64,000 nt of DNA, taken from the human T2T-CHM13v2.0 reference genome, Homo sapiens. A program made the translations under genes and the position numbers. Below, piece by piece: positions 15,440 to 33,080 of this stretch (position 1 is the first letter of the stretch; every line of letters starts with the position of its first letter). The DNA lies in assembly GCF_009914755.1 (NCBI RefSeq), contig NC_060947.1; one strand, given 5' to 3'. Under the pieces are notes generated by a model. That model saw only the letters and a program-made list of their open reading frames with translations. It searched no databases and had not been told where the DNA came from.

Positions 15440-15742
15440 ATCAGGCATGGCGGCTCAAGCCTATAATCCCAGCACTTTGGAAGGCCAAGGTGGGAGCATT
15501 GCTTGAGCCCAGGAGTTTGCGATCAGCCTGGGCAACACAGGGAGACCCCGTCTCTACAAAAATAATAAAAAAAAAAATCTACTGGGACATGGTGGCGTGT
15601 GTCTGTGGTCTCAGCTACTCAGGAGGCTGGGGCAGGAGGATTGCCTGAGCAAGGGAGATTGAGGCTGCAGTGAGCTATGATCCCACCACTGCACTCCAGC
15701 CTGGGTGACAGAGGGAGACTCTGTTTAAAAAAAAAAAAAAAA
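15440..15742 (+). mobile_element. Alu (J-like)
   Basis: Full dimer with poly(A). Confidence 0.9.
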
Positions 15743-15932
15743 ATCACCTTTTAACCATTTTAAAGTGAACAATTCAGTGGCATTTGGTACATTCACAGTG
15801 TTGGACAACCGTCACCCCCACAAAGAAGACCCCCATTTCCCATCCTATCCCCATGCCCTGTTAACCACAAATGTACCCTCTGTCTCTATGGATGTGTCTC
15901 TTCTTAGAATTTCATATACAAGTAATCATATA

Positions 15933-16556
15933 AAGTATTTATTTTCTCAGGCTGCCGTGACAAAGGTCCACAGACTGGTTGGCTTAGATAACATCAGCTT
16001 ATTCTCTCACAGTCCTGGAGGCTGGAAGTTCAAGATCAAAGTGTGGGCAGGGCTGGTTCCTCCTGAGGCCTCTCTCCTGTCCTTGTAGATGCCGTCTTCT
16101 CCCTGTGTCTTCACAGGGTCGTCCCTCTGTGTGGGTCTGTGTCCTCATCTCTTCTTCTTATGAGGTGTCTTAGTCTATTTCAGGCTGCTATAAAAGAATA
16201 CCATAGACTGGGTGGCTTAGAAACAACAGACATTGATTCTCCCACAGTCCTGGAGGCTGGAAGTCTGAGATCAAGGTGTCTGCAGGGCTGGTTCCTCCTG
16301 AGGCCTCTCTCCTGGGCTTGGAGATGCCGTCTTCTCCCTGTGTCCTCACAGGGTCATCCCTCTGTGTGTGTCTGTGTCCTCATTTCCTCTTCTTATAAAG
16401 ACCCCAGTCCTATTGGATAAGGGTCCACTTTAACGACCTCATGCTACCTTAATCACCTCTATAAAGACTCCATCTTCAAATACAGTCACATTCTGAGGTC
16501 CTGGGGGTTAGGACTTCAGCACAGGAATTTGGGAGGGACACAATTTAGCTCATAAC
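15933..16556 (-). mobile_element. MLT1-type LTR with internal tandem duplication, nested in an L1M fragment (about 15750-16700)
   Basis: A block of about 230 bp occurs twice; L1 3' UTR text stops near 15930 and resumes near 16557. Confidence 0.8.
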
Positions 16557-16924
16557 ATATGGTAAGTGGTGTTTGGTGACTGGCTTCTTTCACTTAGCGT
16601 GATGTTTTCAAGGTTCATTCATATTGTAGCATGCGTCAGCACTTCATTCCTTTCCATGGCTGAATACTTTTTCATTATATACATACACCACATTAGTCTA
16701 CAGTTTTAAAAATATCTTCCTTGAATTACTTCTAAAGTCTCTGGTACCCGGGGCTCTTTATTTCTCTACTCTCTATCGATAGACCAATCTGGCTCTTGTA
16801 AAAATACATAGCATCTTTTAGTGTGGATTTAAATAACATTGTTTCTTCTTGGAATGCAGATCACAGTCTAGTCCTATATCTTAAGCATATATTTGTTGAT
16901 TGAAAGGCATTGGTCTTCTTCTTC

Positions 16925-16930
16925 TTATTT

Positions 16931-16992
<62 letters not shown>

Positions 16993-17350
16993 CTTTTTCT
17001 TTTCCTTTCTTTCCTCTATCTCTTTTTTTTCCTTTTATTTTTAAGACAGGATCTCATTCTGTCATCCAGACTGGAGTGCAGTGGCATGATCTTGGCTCAC
17101 TGCAGCCTTGACCTCCCAGGCTCAAGTGATCCTCCCTCCTCAGCCTCCTGAGTAGCTGGGACTATAGGCATGAGCCCCCACACCTGCCTAATTTTTGTGG
17201 TTTTTCTTTTGTTTTGTTTTTTTTTTGTTTTTTGTTTTTGTAGAGGTGGGGTTTTGCCATATTGCCCACCCTGGTCTGAGCTCAAGTGTTCAGCCCCTCT
17301 TGGCCTCCCAAAGTGCTGGGGTTACAGGCGTGAGCCATCACACTCAGCCT
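16925..17350 (-). mobile_element. Antisense Alu with expanded (CTTT)n tail
   Basis: (CTTT)n 16929-16990 followed by Alu body. Confidence 0.9.
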
Positions 17351-17576
17351 CCATTATCATCTTTCTGTGGGATTATGGAAAAAAAATGTTGTACCCATGG
17401 GATCAAGATTGGATATGGTTTAGCTTTTAGGAGAACAGGCACGTCTTTTTTTTAACCTATAAGTTTTACAAAATTTTTGCAATGTATTAGACAAACAAAA
17501 TGGGAAATAAATTAAACTCCAAAATGTCACAATTTGGTCATAAAATAGGTCAATTTTACCGTAAGATATATATTAA

Positions 17577-18140
17577 TGGGAGGCTGAAGTGGGAGGATCA
17601 TTTGAAGCCAGGAGTTTGAGACCAGCCTGGGCAAAATAGCAAGACATGTATCTCTGCATAAAATTTTAAGGCCAGGTGTGGTGGATCACACCTGCAATCC
17701 CAGCAGTTTGGGAGGCTGGGGAAAGTGGATCACTTGAGGTCAGGAGTTCAAGACTAGCTTGGCCAACATGGTGACACCTCATCTCTACTAAAAATATACC
17801 ACTGGGCGTGGTGGCTCATGCCTGTAATCCCAGCTAGTCAGGAGGCTGAGGCAGGAGGATCACTTGAATTGGGAGGCAGAGGTTGCAGTGAGCTGGGATC
17901 GCACCACTGTACTCCAGCCTGGGTAATAGAGTGAGACCACGTCTCAGAAAAAAAATTAAATTAAATACAAATTTAAATAAATTAGTAGGGCATGGTAGCG
18001 CACACCTGTGGACCTAGCTACTTGAGAGGCTGAGGTGGGAGGATCACTTGAGCCCAGGGAATTTAAGGTTGCAGTGAGCTATAACTGCACCACTACACTC
18101 CACCCTGGGCAACAGAGCAAGAGACTGTCTCTTAAAAAAA
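17577..18140 (+). mobile_element. Alu nested in the A-rich linker of an older Alu
   Basis: Left monomer 17577-17668, full Alu 17670-17960, right monomer 17980-18140. Confidence 0.82.
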
Positions 18141-18504
18141 TATGAAACACATTAAAATTTTACTTAATCTAAATTACCCATTAATTTTAGGTCCTTGATA
18201 AGAAGAAATTGGCTAATTTTTCCATTGAAATACATTTTTTTCTCAGACTCATAAAACTGTATACCGAGTGACCTGTATTCATTTGTAATAGTTTTGACTA
18301 AAGATATATTTTAAACTTATGTTTCCATTTGCTTCTAACCATCAATGCATATAAGGAAATAGACAGATTAAAGTTTTAAAAAGATGGATTTTAGGTTTAC
18401 CAGAAATAGAGTCAACTTGACCCAAAATAGAATAGCTTTGATCCTTGATCATTGTATTGAGAATTTTTAGAAACTCACCTGCTGAATTCTTCTTTGGTCT
18501 GCAG

Positions 18505-18626
18505 CACACCTAATATTGACCGCCTGGCAAGTGAAGGAGTGAGGCTTACCCAGCATCTCGCAGCTGCTTCCATGTGCACCCCAAGTCGGGCTGCCTTCCT
18601 GACCGGCCGGTACCCCATCAGATCAG
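18505..18626 (+). CDS. ARSH: ARSH coding exon 2, catalytic FGly motif ([11 protein letters not shown]...[17 protein letters not shown])
   Basis: ctgcag| acceptor, CAG|GTGAGG donor; CxPxR Cys codon at 18575-18577; 122 nt. Confidence 0.97.
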
Positions 18627-19662
18627 GTGAGGCAATAAAAAGGCAGCAACATTTCAGTCTCACCAGAATGCATTCTAATGATTAGTTTTTGCAAATCTTT
18701 ATAAGAATTCTCAAAAGGTCACTCAGAGTATTAGGGATCTAAATTCAAAGGTGGTTGTTATCCCTGGGCAGCTTAAATATGTGTGCCTCTCACCAGGTAC
18801 CACTGCACCTGCTCATCTCTGTGCATATAGCGACAGGGTTTAGGCCTCTTGGGGGCAATTTGCCAACTTATGGTCAACACTCCCATTTTCAGGTACTTGT
18901 GCTAAGATTTCTCAAGAGACCCCTGATGTCTTTAAGCTAGCAGAGACCATGCAGTGGTTCTGAGATAAGTGGATCAAATCCACCTCTGTGGATGAGATTG
19001 GAAAACTAGACACAGTTGGGAAAAAAGGTATAACTGAGAAAACAAAAAGGAAATGAAACTTTTACATACTCCCTTACTTGACCCCATCATTTCAAGATTT
19101 AGACTTACCAAGTTGATATAACGACAATTAAATGTGTTCCTTTGCTGCTTAGCTTAGGATCAATACCTACAAACATCCACTCAAGATCAATATTATGAAC
19201 AACAATTTTTATACCCAGCTAAAATATAGTGGTGCCCTTAGACACTATTGAAGTGTTCATGGTTATCAGACTCTATGTGAAATATCGTGTCATGCTGTTG
19301 CATTTTGTTTAATTCTAGTATTTGCTTGTCATAATTTTAGTATACCTGCCTTCACAGTTTAATTTTTCAGTGAAAAATTTTTCTGTATGAATTTTCTTCC
19401 TCCTAAGTAGTAGATTCTCATCCAATACATTCAAGGAATGAACTAATTAGGTTAATGAGAATTATACTAAAATTAAGAGTAAACATTAAAAGTTTTTGTC
19501 CCATAAATATTGATTTATTATTATCTTTTTTTGTTGCCTAATGACCTTCTTTCATAATTCAAGGTTCTCCATTTTGTTCAAAATAGTTTGGTTTCTAGAT
19601 AAGCAGTCTCTATATAACACAGTACCGTGTATGAAGAGGGATAAAGATATGAATTTGTATGA

Positions 19663-21140
<1,478 letters not shown>

Positions 21141-21520
21141 TCATTTCAGATTCTCAAGGATACTTTTAAAAATGTATTTATACCCAGCTAAAATGCAGTA
21201 GTGTCCTCAGATACTATTGAAACATTGAAGGTTAGCAGCCTCTATATGAAAAACTAACGAAGGTTATTTGTTGTTAGTCTGAAATTCAAATGGATATAAC
21301 TAAGTGTCCCGTATTTATTCTGGCAACCCTAATTCCAAGGGAATGTTTGCATTTAGCAAGTGAAAAAAGGAGGGTCAAGGACGTACAGCCAGAAAGCAAC
21401 AGAAAACTTGGGGAAGAATGGCTTTGAGGAGGTGCGGGAGGAGAGGACTTTAAGCATGTCGGGATAAATTCGGTATTAGCAAAGACTATGGTGCTAACTT
21501 ATTGACTTCTGTGAATTTAG

Positions 21521-21646
21521 GGATGGTGTCTGCCTACAACCTGAACCGTGCCTTCACGTGGCTTGGTGGGTCAGGTGGTCTTCCCACCAATGAAACGACT
21601 TTTGCCAAGCTGCTGCAGCACCGTGGCTACCGCACGGGACTCATAG
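21521..21646 (+). CDS. ARSH: ARSH coding exon 3 ([42 protein letters not shown])
   Basis: tttag| acceptor, TAG|GTATGG donor; 126 nt; first half of sulfatase signature 2 ([11 protein letters not shown]). Confidence 0.96.
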
Positions 21647-22461
21647 GTATGGCGCCGGAACTCTGCCCGTGGAAACGTGATCCTGCAGCCTCTCTGTCAT
21701 CGTGTCTAAGGTGTTTCCGGGGATGTTGGCTTTGTGCGCGCCAGTTTGACCGACTTCTCTTTGAGATAAGACACTTGGAGAAGGAAATGATCACACATTG
21801 ATTGAGCATGTGTAGAATCGAGGGCATAGTATTGGAAAAACAATGAGAACAGAAAGCAAACAAGTGTATCCAAAGTTGCCACTAAAATGGAATGTTGTGT
21901 TGGAGGGATACGATGTTTGTGACACCATTATTAGCAGAAAAACCAGTAAATTTGTAGAGAAGTACTGTTGAAATGGGAAACTTACAGCATTAAGAGTTGT
22001 CAAATGGAGGCAATTGCTGGTCGACTTAGATCACTTAATATTCTATGCCCTTTTGGCGGGGGTGGGGGTTTGGGGCGGGGGGACATGAGCTTGTGAGGGA
22101 GCCTTTCACCGAAAAATAAGTTTGTAGAATTCCAGTCCTAGAAGATAGTCCTCTAAGAATAACTTGTGTGATCAAATCCTTTTGGGAAATGCTACTCAAA
22201 AGCATTGTACGGTCCACTATTTTTGAGGATTCCTAATGTGAATTGTAAGCCACAGCTCCGAGATATCCCCAGTTAAAAAAAAGGTTAAGAAATTTTCTAT
22301 CAGTAGGGCATGTATTCCCATGCAACTCCCAGCAGCGTCCTGTGAGTGGGAATTCTCTAGATTAGCTTTGAGCAGCGTTCTTACATCATTAGAGCACGGG
22401 ATTCAGATCTGACTCTGCTATTATTCATTAATGTGACTCAGGCTTCTGAATAAATCTAGAT

Positions 22462-22750
22462 AGCTGGGCACAGTGGCTCAGACCTGTAATCCCAGCACTT
22501 TGGGAGGCTGAGGCAGAAGAAGGCCAGGAGTTCAAGACCAGCCTAGGCCACCATAGCAAGACCCTGGATCTACAAAAATAAAATGTTAAAATTAGCTGGG
22601 CATGGTGGCACGCACCTATAGTCCCAGCTACTCAGGAGGCTGAGGCAGGAGAATTGCTTGAGCCAAGGAGTTCGAGGCTACAGTGAGCTATAATCATGCC
22701 ACTGCGCTCCAGCCTGGGCAACAGAGCAAGACTCTGTCTCTTAAAAAAAT
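22462..22750 (+). mobile_element. Alu (J-like)
   Basis: Dimer; TSD-like aataaatctaga/aataatctaga. Confidence 0.88.
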
Positions 22751-23443
22751 AATCTAGACAATGTGTTTTTTATTCATAATAAAGGGTCTGGGAAGTGTTG
22801 AATATAATAATGTGTGCGGACAAATCAGAACGTGACCTGGCCCCCTAGAGTATGTGCTTGATAAAAGGAATTACTTGCATTATCAGAATCGTTTGGTTCT
22901 TGATGAAATTCTTTGGCTACTTTGTCATCCCTAGCTTGAGGACCTAGAAGAGGTGTTCCATCTATACATAAAATCTCGGTTACCTTTCAGTGAGATGGAA
23001 TAAGAGGGTCGGAAGGCACTGCTAGATAAAAGCATGAATGTGCAAGGTGCACTGAAAGTCCTTGGTATTGTCCCCACCAAACAACCAAGACATCGATTCT
23101 GCCCTCCTAGCAAGCTCCAGATACCTGGAAAGTTTCTCATTGTTCATGAGGTTGTTTGGTACCAAGCAAAAGGTTTCTTCTGAATGAACACTAGGCTCCT
23201 CTCCTTGTCGCAAGCAAAGAGGCTCCTGCTGCATGGCTTTTGTCTGAAAGAGGCATATTGTAGGGAGAAGGCTGTTGGTGGCATGTCTATACCAGGGAGG
23301 TATTTGGGGATATCAAGAAAAAACCATGATGACAACAGAATGAAAGTTATATTTGACTTTTCCAAAGGGAAGCCCACATTCTAGAAACAGACCGGCATTG
23401 AATGCTGCCATGCTGCCATGGTACGATTTTATTTTACTTTTAG

Positions 23444-23867
23444 GCAAATGGCACCTGGGTTTGAGCTGCGCCTCTCGGAATGATCACTGTTACCACCCGC
23501 TCAACCATGGTTTTCACTACTTTTACGGGGTGCCTTTTGGACTTTTAAGCGACTGCCAGGCATCCAAGACACCAGAACTGCACCGCTGGCTCAGGATCAA
23601 ACTGTGGATCTCCACGGTAGCCCTTGCCCTGGTTCCTTTTCTGCTTCTCATTCCCAAGTTCGCCCGCTGGTTCTCAGTGCCATGGAAGGTCATCTTTGTC
23701 TTTGCTCTCCTCGCCTTTCTGTTTTTCACTTCCTGGTACTCTAGTTATGGATTTACTCGACGTTGGAATTGCATCCTTATGAGGAACCATGAAATTATCC
23801 AGCAGCCAATGAAAGAGGAGAAAGTAGCTTCCCTCATGCTGAAGGAGGCACTTGCTTTCATTGAAAG
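23444..23867 (+). CDS. ARSH: ARSH coding exon 4 (GKWHLG... two hydrophobic segments ...ALAFIE)
   Basis: ttttag| acceptor, AAG|GTATTT donor; 424 nt; GKWHLG and HGF motifs; steroid-sulfatase-type transmembrane hairpin. Confidence 0.97.
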
Positions 23868-23969
23868 GTATTTAGCCATTTCTTGCCTGATTTCCTGCAT
23901 GGAAATTTTATTTTTATTTCATAGGAGGTCATCACACCTTGATAACATGGGCCTTTAAAAGTCTCTTGG

Positions 23970-24313
23970 AGAGAATGTGCGGCATTTGGCTTTCTGTTCC
24001 TGTATTAATTTGCTTAGAATAATGGCCTCCAGCTGCATCCATGTTGCTGCGAAAGACATGATCTCATTCTTTTTCATGGCTGTGTAGTATTTTGTGGGAT
24101 ATAATGGGAGCTAAACATTGAGCCTCCATGGACATAAACATGGAAACAATAGACTGCAAACTTCTAGAGGAGAGAGGGAGACAGGGAGACCAGGGGCACA
24201 TGGTTGCAAGACTACCTATTGGGTGCTCTGCTTACCCCCTGAGTGCAATAGACCCACGTAACAAACTGGCACATGGAGACCCTGTATCGAAAATAAAAGC
24301 TGAGGAAAAAAAA
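23970..24313 (+). mobile_element. Short L1 3' end with 5' inversion
   Basis: 23970-24096 is antisense L1 3' UTR; 24100-24313 is sense L1 3' UTR ending aataaaagctgagg(A)n. Confidence 0.75.
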
Positions 24314-24477
24314 ACTTTAGGTGACATTTGTGATAGACTTGAGTCTCCTCTTAGGTAGAATTAAATAGTTAAATTTCCTGCAAATTTTGAATGCTCAAAA
24401 GGCAAAAAAACAAAAACCAAAACAAAAACAAAACATAAAAACATATTTTGCTCACCTCCCCATTTTTAATGTTTTAA

Positions 24478-26772
<2,295 letters not shown>

Positions 26773-27007
26773 ACATGAAACATTTTACTGGGAACACAAA
26801 TGTTCTGTTATCCTTCATTCCTCCTCATATCCTTTCAACATAAATCTTGTGGTATTTACGACTCACAGGAGTGGTATTGTCATCTAAAGTACATAGAAAA
26901 CCTCCGCCAGCTATTATGAGATCTTTTCATCAGTGCAGAATCGCATTTAAATGATGGAAATGACTTCATATTTGTGAAGGTAATTTTGGTAACTTTCTAC
27001 CCCTTAG

Positions 27008-27144
27008 GTACAAAAGGGAACCTTTTCTCCTCTTTTTTTCCTTCCTGCACGTACATACTCCACTCATCTCCAAAAAGAAGTTTGTTGGGCGCAGTAAATA
27101 TGGCAGGTATGGGGACAATGTAGAAGAAATGGATTGGATGGTGG
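27008..27144 (+). CDS. ARSH: ARSH coding exon 5 ([19 protein letters not shown]...[12 protein letters not shown])
   Basis: Translated by hand (not in the ORF track); cttag| acceptor, TGG|GTAAGT donor; 137 nt; HVHTP motif. Confidence 0.96.
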
Positions 27145-27287
27145 GTAAGTATTCAGTAACAGAACTGTAAATATCTGAAGTACGGGCTACAGAAAAACAA
27201 ATCTGTACTAACTGTCTCAAATTATGTCCAGCCCCTTGCATAGCATAGATACCTGAAAAGTATCTGTTTCATCCCTTAATTGGATTA

Positions 27288-27782
<495 letters not shown>

Positions 27783-28477
27783 TTATTTTGATGGATATAA
27801 AAGGGAACGTTATTCTGATTAGTCAGTTCTACAGGAAATACATAGAAAATTGGGATGGGGATTTAACACAACTAAAGCAACTTATTTCAAAGGCATAGTG
27901 TTCACTATAAAGAAATGCTAAGGATAATAAATGAGCAGGTGGGAAGAGTTACTGTATGCATTCCAGAATAATAAATAGCTGTGCTAGTTGAATTGCATTT
28001 GCCCACCCCCGCCTCTATGTACGTGACAGAGTTGTCCTTCCTCTCAGCGATGGTGTTTCATTTTGGAATACAGTACTTTTCTTCTTCTTCTGAGTGCAAA
28101 CTTCTGAAAACGGTGCTCTGCCGAACCATTGAAACGAACAATCTCCCAGTTATCAGCCGCCTCTGTTGACTTATATGGAGTGCCTTTGAAAGAAACAGAG
28201 CTATTTTAATTTAAATGCATTTAAGGGGTGTTAATCAATCACATTTTATTATAAATAACTTTCTTTTCTCTGAAAACCACCATCTAAGTGAGCTATAAAA
28301 TACTAGTTAAAATTACTGAAGAACTAGTGGTGTCGGATAGGACAAAGAGGGGAATCTTGTCATGGGATAAATTTCTCTTGTATATTTCCACTATGTGTGT
28401 TTACCTCTAATTATAGGTACCATTGTAACATTTACTGTCTATATTTAATCCCAAAGAGGAGATAGAATACAGAGAGG

Positions 28478-29161
<684 letters not shown>

Positions 29162-30182
29162 TTAAAGGGAAAAACTTATGGGCTTAGTTAAAGGGAACTA
29201 ACCCTGACATCCAAACCCTTTTGAAGCTTGCTGAACTAAAGCTAAGCTCTGTATTTCTTAATTTAATCTTTGCTGTGGGATGTGTATGTGTGTGTATATA
29301 TATACACACCCAGCTGCAGTTATTTTATTTGCACGGTATAAATTACAAATCACTTTTATGCATAATACTATAGTCAGATTTAATATGAATTAAGCTATAT
29401 ACACACACACACCATATGTTATATACATATATATATACACACACCCCATATGGTTTATATGTATACACAAGTTATGTTTTATACATATACACACATAGCA
29501 CTGTATGTTGCATATATACACATTTATTATATATAGTTTAATTCCTTGGTAACGAAATACAAACACTGAAAGGTGTTACAGTTAAAAATAGCTATAACAC
29601 TGTAGCCTTTATGGAATTATATAATTGGGATTTTTTTTTTTTCTCTGCTTCTTTTGAAATCGCTTACTATAGTTGTACTTAGTCAAAGGACAGTTTCCCG
29701 TAAAGGGATTTTCTGTTAAAGTCTATATCTGAGTGTTTATCACTAAGAAATAATTATGTTTGTTTTACAGTATATGTAAATACATGATGAAGACGTGTTA
29801 CAAAAGCTAGCAATTGCATTATTAAATGGCTAATATTATTTGACACAGGAGAAATGATGAGTAGCTATTTTTCTGCGTAACATCTCCCAAATATTCTGAG
29901 TTTTCTCCGTCATTTCTTATAAAAATTCTACCAAAATAAAGACATATTGAAAGTCAGACAGGTATCTCTGTGGGTATTATTTTACTATTTAACAATATGA
30001 GTATAAAACTCAAAGGTTTAGTAACTTATTAACTTTACTCAAAAATAAGCCATAACAATGCTATACTCATGCAAATGCAAATACAACGTGCAAAATGAAC
30101 TTAATGAATCTTCGGGAATTCAGTAACATTTTAAACTTTCCAATGAAAGAAACTTGTGCCTATTAAAAAACACTTTTAGTCC

Positions 30183-30354
30183 TTTTTTTTTTTTTTTTTA
30201 AGACACAGGGTCTCACTCTTTTGCCCAGTCTGGCTGGAATGCAGTGGTGCGATCACAGCTCACCACACACTTGACCTCCTCGGCTCAGGTGATCCTCCCA
30301 CCTCAGCCTCGTGAGTAGCTGGGACTAAAAATGTGCACCACCATGTCTGGCCAA

Positions 30355-30388
<34 letters not shown>

Positions 30389-30495
30389 TCTGTGTGTTTT
30401 GTAGTGGAGTTTTGCCATCTTGCCCAGGCTGGTCTCGAACTCTTGGGCTCAAGCAAACTTCCCACCTCGGCCTCCCAAAGTCCTGGGATTACATG
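30183..30495 (-). mobile_element. Antisense Alu with a (TG)n in the linker
   Basis: Alu motifs; TG tract 30357-30386. Confidence 0.88.
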
Positions 30496-31479
30496 TGTGA
30501 GCCACCAGGCCCAACCTTAATCACTTTTCATTATTGGTTTCTTTCCAGGTGTCTTTGGTAGGAGGTCTTATAAGTGACCTATTACCATTAGTATTTATAT
30601 ATTCATATGCATCTGTGTGTTTTCACTTTAGACACTATACAGACAATTATTTGCAAATATATTTGTTCTGGAACAGAAAAAGAATTTGCAGCTACTATAT
30701 TTGCACAGTATAAATTACAAATCACTTTTATGATTTTTTTATACTATAGCCAGATCTAATGTGAATTGATAATTTACATATAATTATGCTGTTCCCAGAA
30801 AGCCTTTACAATCTTTCATCTTACAAACCCTGGGCTTTAAAATATCTTAATTTCTAATTATAGCATTTCTAAAAAATAGTATATGTCACTTCTAAAACAA
30901 ATCACTGAGTTTACGTATAAACAGTTTTCTGTGCAGCTAGTTAAGCTAGTTACATTTTCTTTTATCTTTGAATGGGACAAGAGCATAGCACAGAGATGAT
31001 CTAGTGTAAACTAGAAATGCAGTGTGACCTCAGGCCCAGGACGATGTTATCTGTTGATTAGCAAATGCTCAACAGACATCAGAAAGGAAATGAATGTTGT
31101 TTGGAATTTTGCTAGAACAGCTTTCTACTTATTATTTTAAAAAACTGTCCTCCTGAGGGATTGTCAACACATTAAAGACAGTGTCTGCTGAGTCTAGCGC
31201 AGCATTAATTGTCATTAGATCTTAACCATAACCCAAACAGCAAGAATAACCTGCAATTTCCATGTAGACTTCAGATAGCAGCCAGGACAGCAAGTCTCTA
31301 AGGGAGGTGGTGCTGTGCCCTGGAGTACGGGGATGGCTTTGCTCATATGTTCCTGGAGGTGTCATTTTGCAAACTGTATTTTTTTAAATTAATGTTCATC
31401 GGTTTATTTAACTGCTGGGCCTTCTTGGCACTGTCTATTTGAATCGTTTGGGGCAATGATGACCTTATGTATTATTACA

Positions 31480-32440
31480 CGATTTGTATAATAAAATAGA
31501 TTTTATTATATATTCAATAATAAAATAATGAACACATTATACAATAAAATTGTATAATAAACCAGTACTTTATATATTGTATATGAACTATTCTACATTT
31601 TAAATTAATATAATTAATGTATCTAGTATATTTAATATAATTTATATAATTACATTAATATAATAAAATTAATTAAAGTAATATGTGACACATATCATTC
31701 AATTATATAAAATAATATAGTATATATTTATATAAAGATATAAATTTATGATAAAATTTAATATATTAATTAGACATATATTATAAAATTTAATATGTTC
31801 ATTATATATTATACATTTATTACATATACTCATATTTTATCTTATAGTTAATATATTTTCCTATGTCAATAAACATATATTTTTACATATTGCATTGATA
31901 TACAAAATACTATATAATAAAATAATAGTTACATGTTATTATATAATTACATAACAATTTTTACACAATGATAAACTATTATATAATGATATGTTTCTAG
32001 TATTGTAAAGTCATATGGTATAATAATACATAGTATGTATTGATTGTACATATTACAATATATTTTGTTCTATTCCATAATTGATTATATTTTAATATAT
32101 AACAATTCTTTATGCATTTTTAATACATCATGTTATATATTAATATGTATTTGTAAGAAATATGTACTATATATCATACAATATATAATAAATATATAAT
32201 TAGTAATTCAAATGTATAAAAGTATGTATTATAGTAAATATAGCATATATTATACATTATTACATTATATATTAAATATTTTAACTGCTGGATATAATAT
32301 ATATTATATACACTATATTACGTACAGTTTAAAATAGTATGTATTACAATATTATATGATTAATTATACAATATCGTGTAGTGCAGAATAACATTGAAAC
32401 GCTATGTGTAATAAATACATAGTAGCAGATATGTAATAAA
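31480..32440. repeat. AT-rich low-complexity region
   Basis: Degenerate TA/TAA text with very few G or C. Confidence 0.85.
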
Positions 32441-32495
32441 GCAGTGGTGATCTGCATCAAGAGGTCAACGTCTTTGTGTCTCTGACCCTCTCCAG

Positions 32496-32630
32496 GTAAA
32501 ATCCTGGATGCCCTGGACCAGGAGCGCCTGGCCAACCACACCTTGGTGTACTTCACCTCTGACAACGGGGGCCACCTGGAGCCCCTGGACGGGGCTGTTC
32601 AGCTGGGTGGCTGGAACGGGATCTACAAAG
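32496..32630 (+). CDS. ARSH: ARSH coding exon 6 ([26 protein letters not shown]...WNGIYK)
   Basis: ctccag| acceptor, AAG|GTGATT donor; 135 nt; metal-binding SDNG. Confidence 0.96.
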
Positions 32631-32879
32631 GTGATTGTGTGTAGAGAACCAACGCCTGTCCATTTTAAATCAGTAGTCTCTATTGGCTTTGTGTTTGCTT
32701 GAATTCATTTGCCATGATGTTCAGATATTTTGATGTGAGTTAGACTCTTATTAAGCTAGACCGAAAAAAAAAAAAAGCTGCAAATTTTGGGGCAGTTTCC
32801 AAGAGCTTCAAAGTAAAATGTTTGAAGCAACGCCAACCCCAGGAGACAGCACAGCATCTCAATGACCATCTGTGGCAGA

Positions 32880-33080
32880 TGTCCCAGCCTCCGCACGATT
32901 GACATTTGAGGCTGGAGGATTCTCTGGCTGGGGGCATCCTGTGCCGTTGTAGGTGTTGAACAGCGTCTGTGGGCTCCACCCACACATGCCAGTAGCACCC
33001 ACCGCAGAGCAGCAACAACCAGAAATGTCTCCTGATATTGCCCAGTGTCCCCTGGGGACAAGGTCATTTCTAAGTGAGAA
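32880..33080 (+). mobile_element. MER20-like hAT DNA transposon
   Basis: attgacattt...cctgtgccgttgtaggtgtt...atgccagtagcacc...aatgtctcctgatattgcc. Confidence 0.75.

Noticed and set aside
21600-21760. Local CpG enrichment around exon 3
   Set aside because: Too short and sparse for a CpG island or internal promoter.
23353-23958. 201-aa ORF as a standalone gene
   Set aside because: It is ARSH exon 4 plus open intronic flanks.
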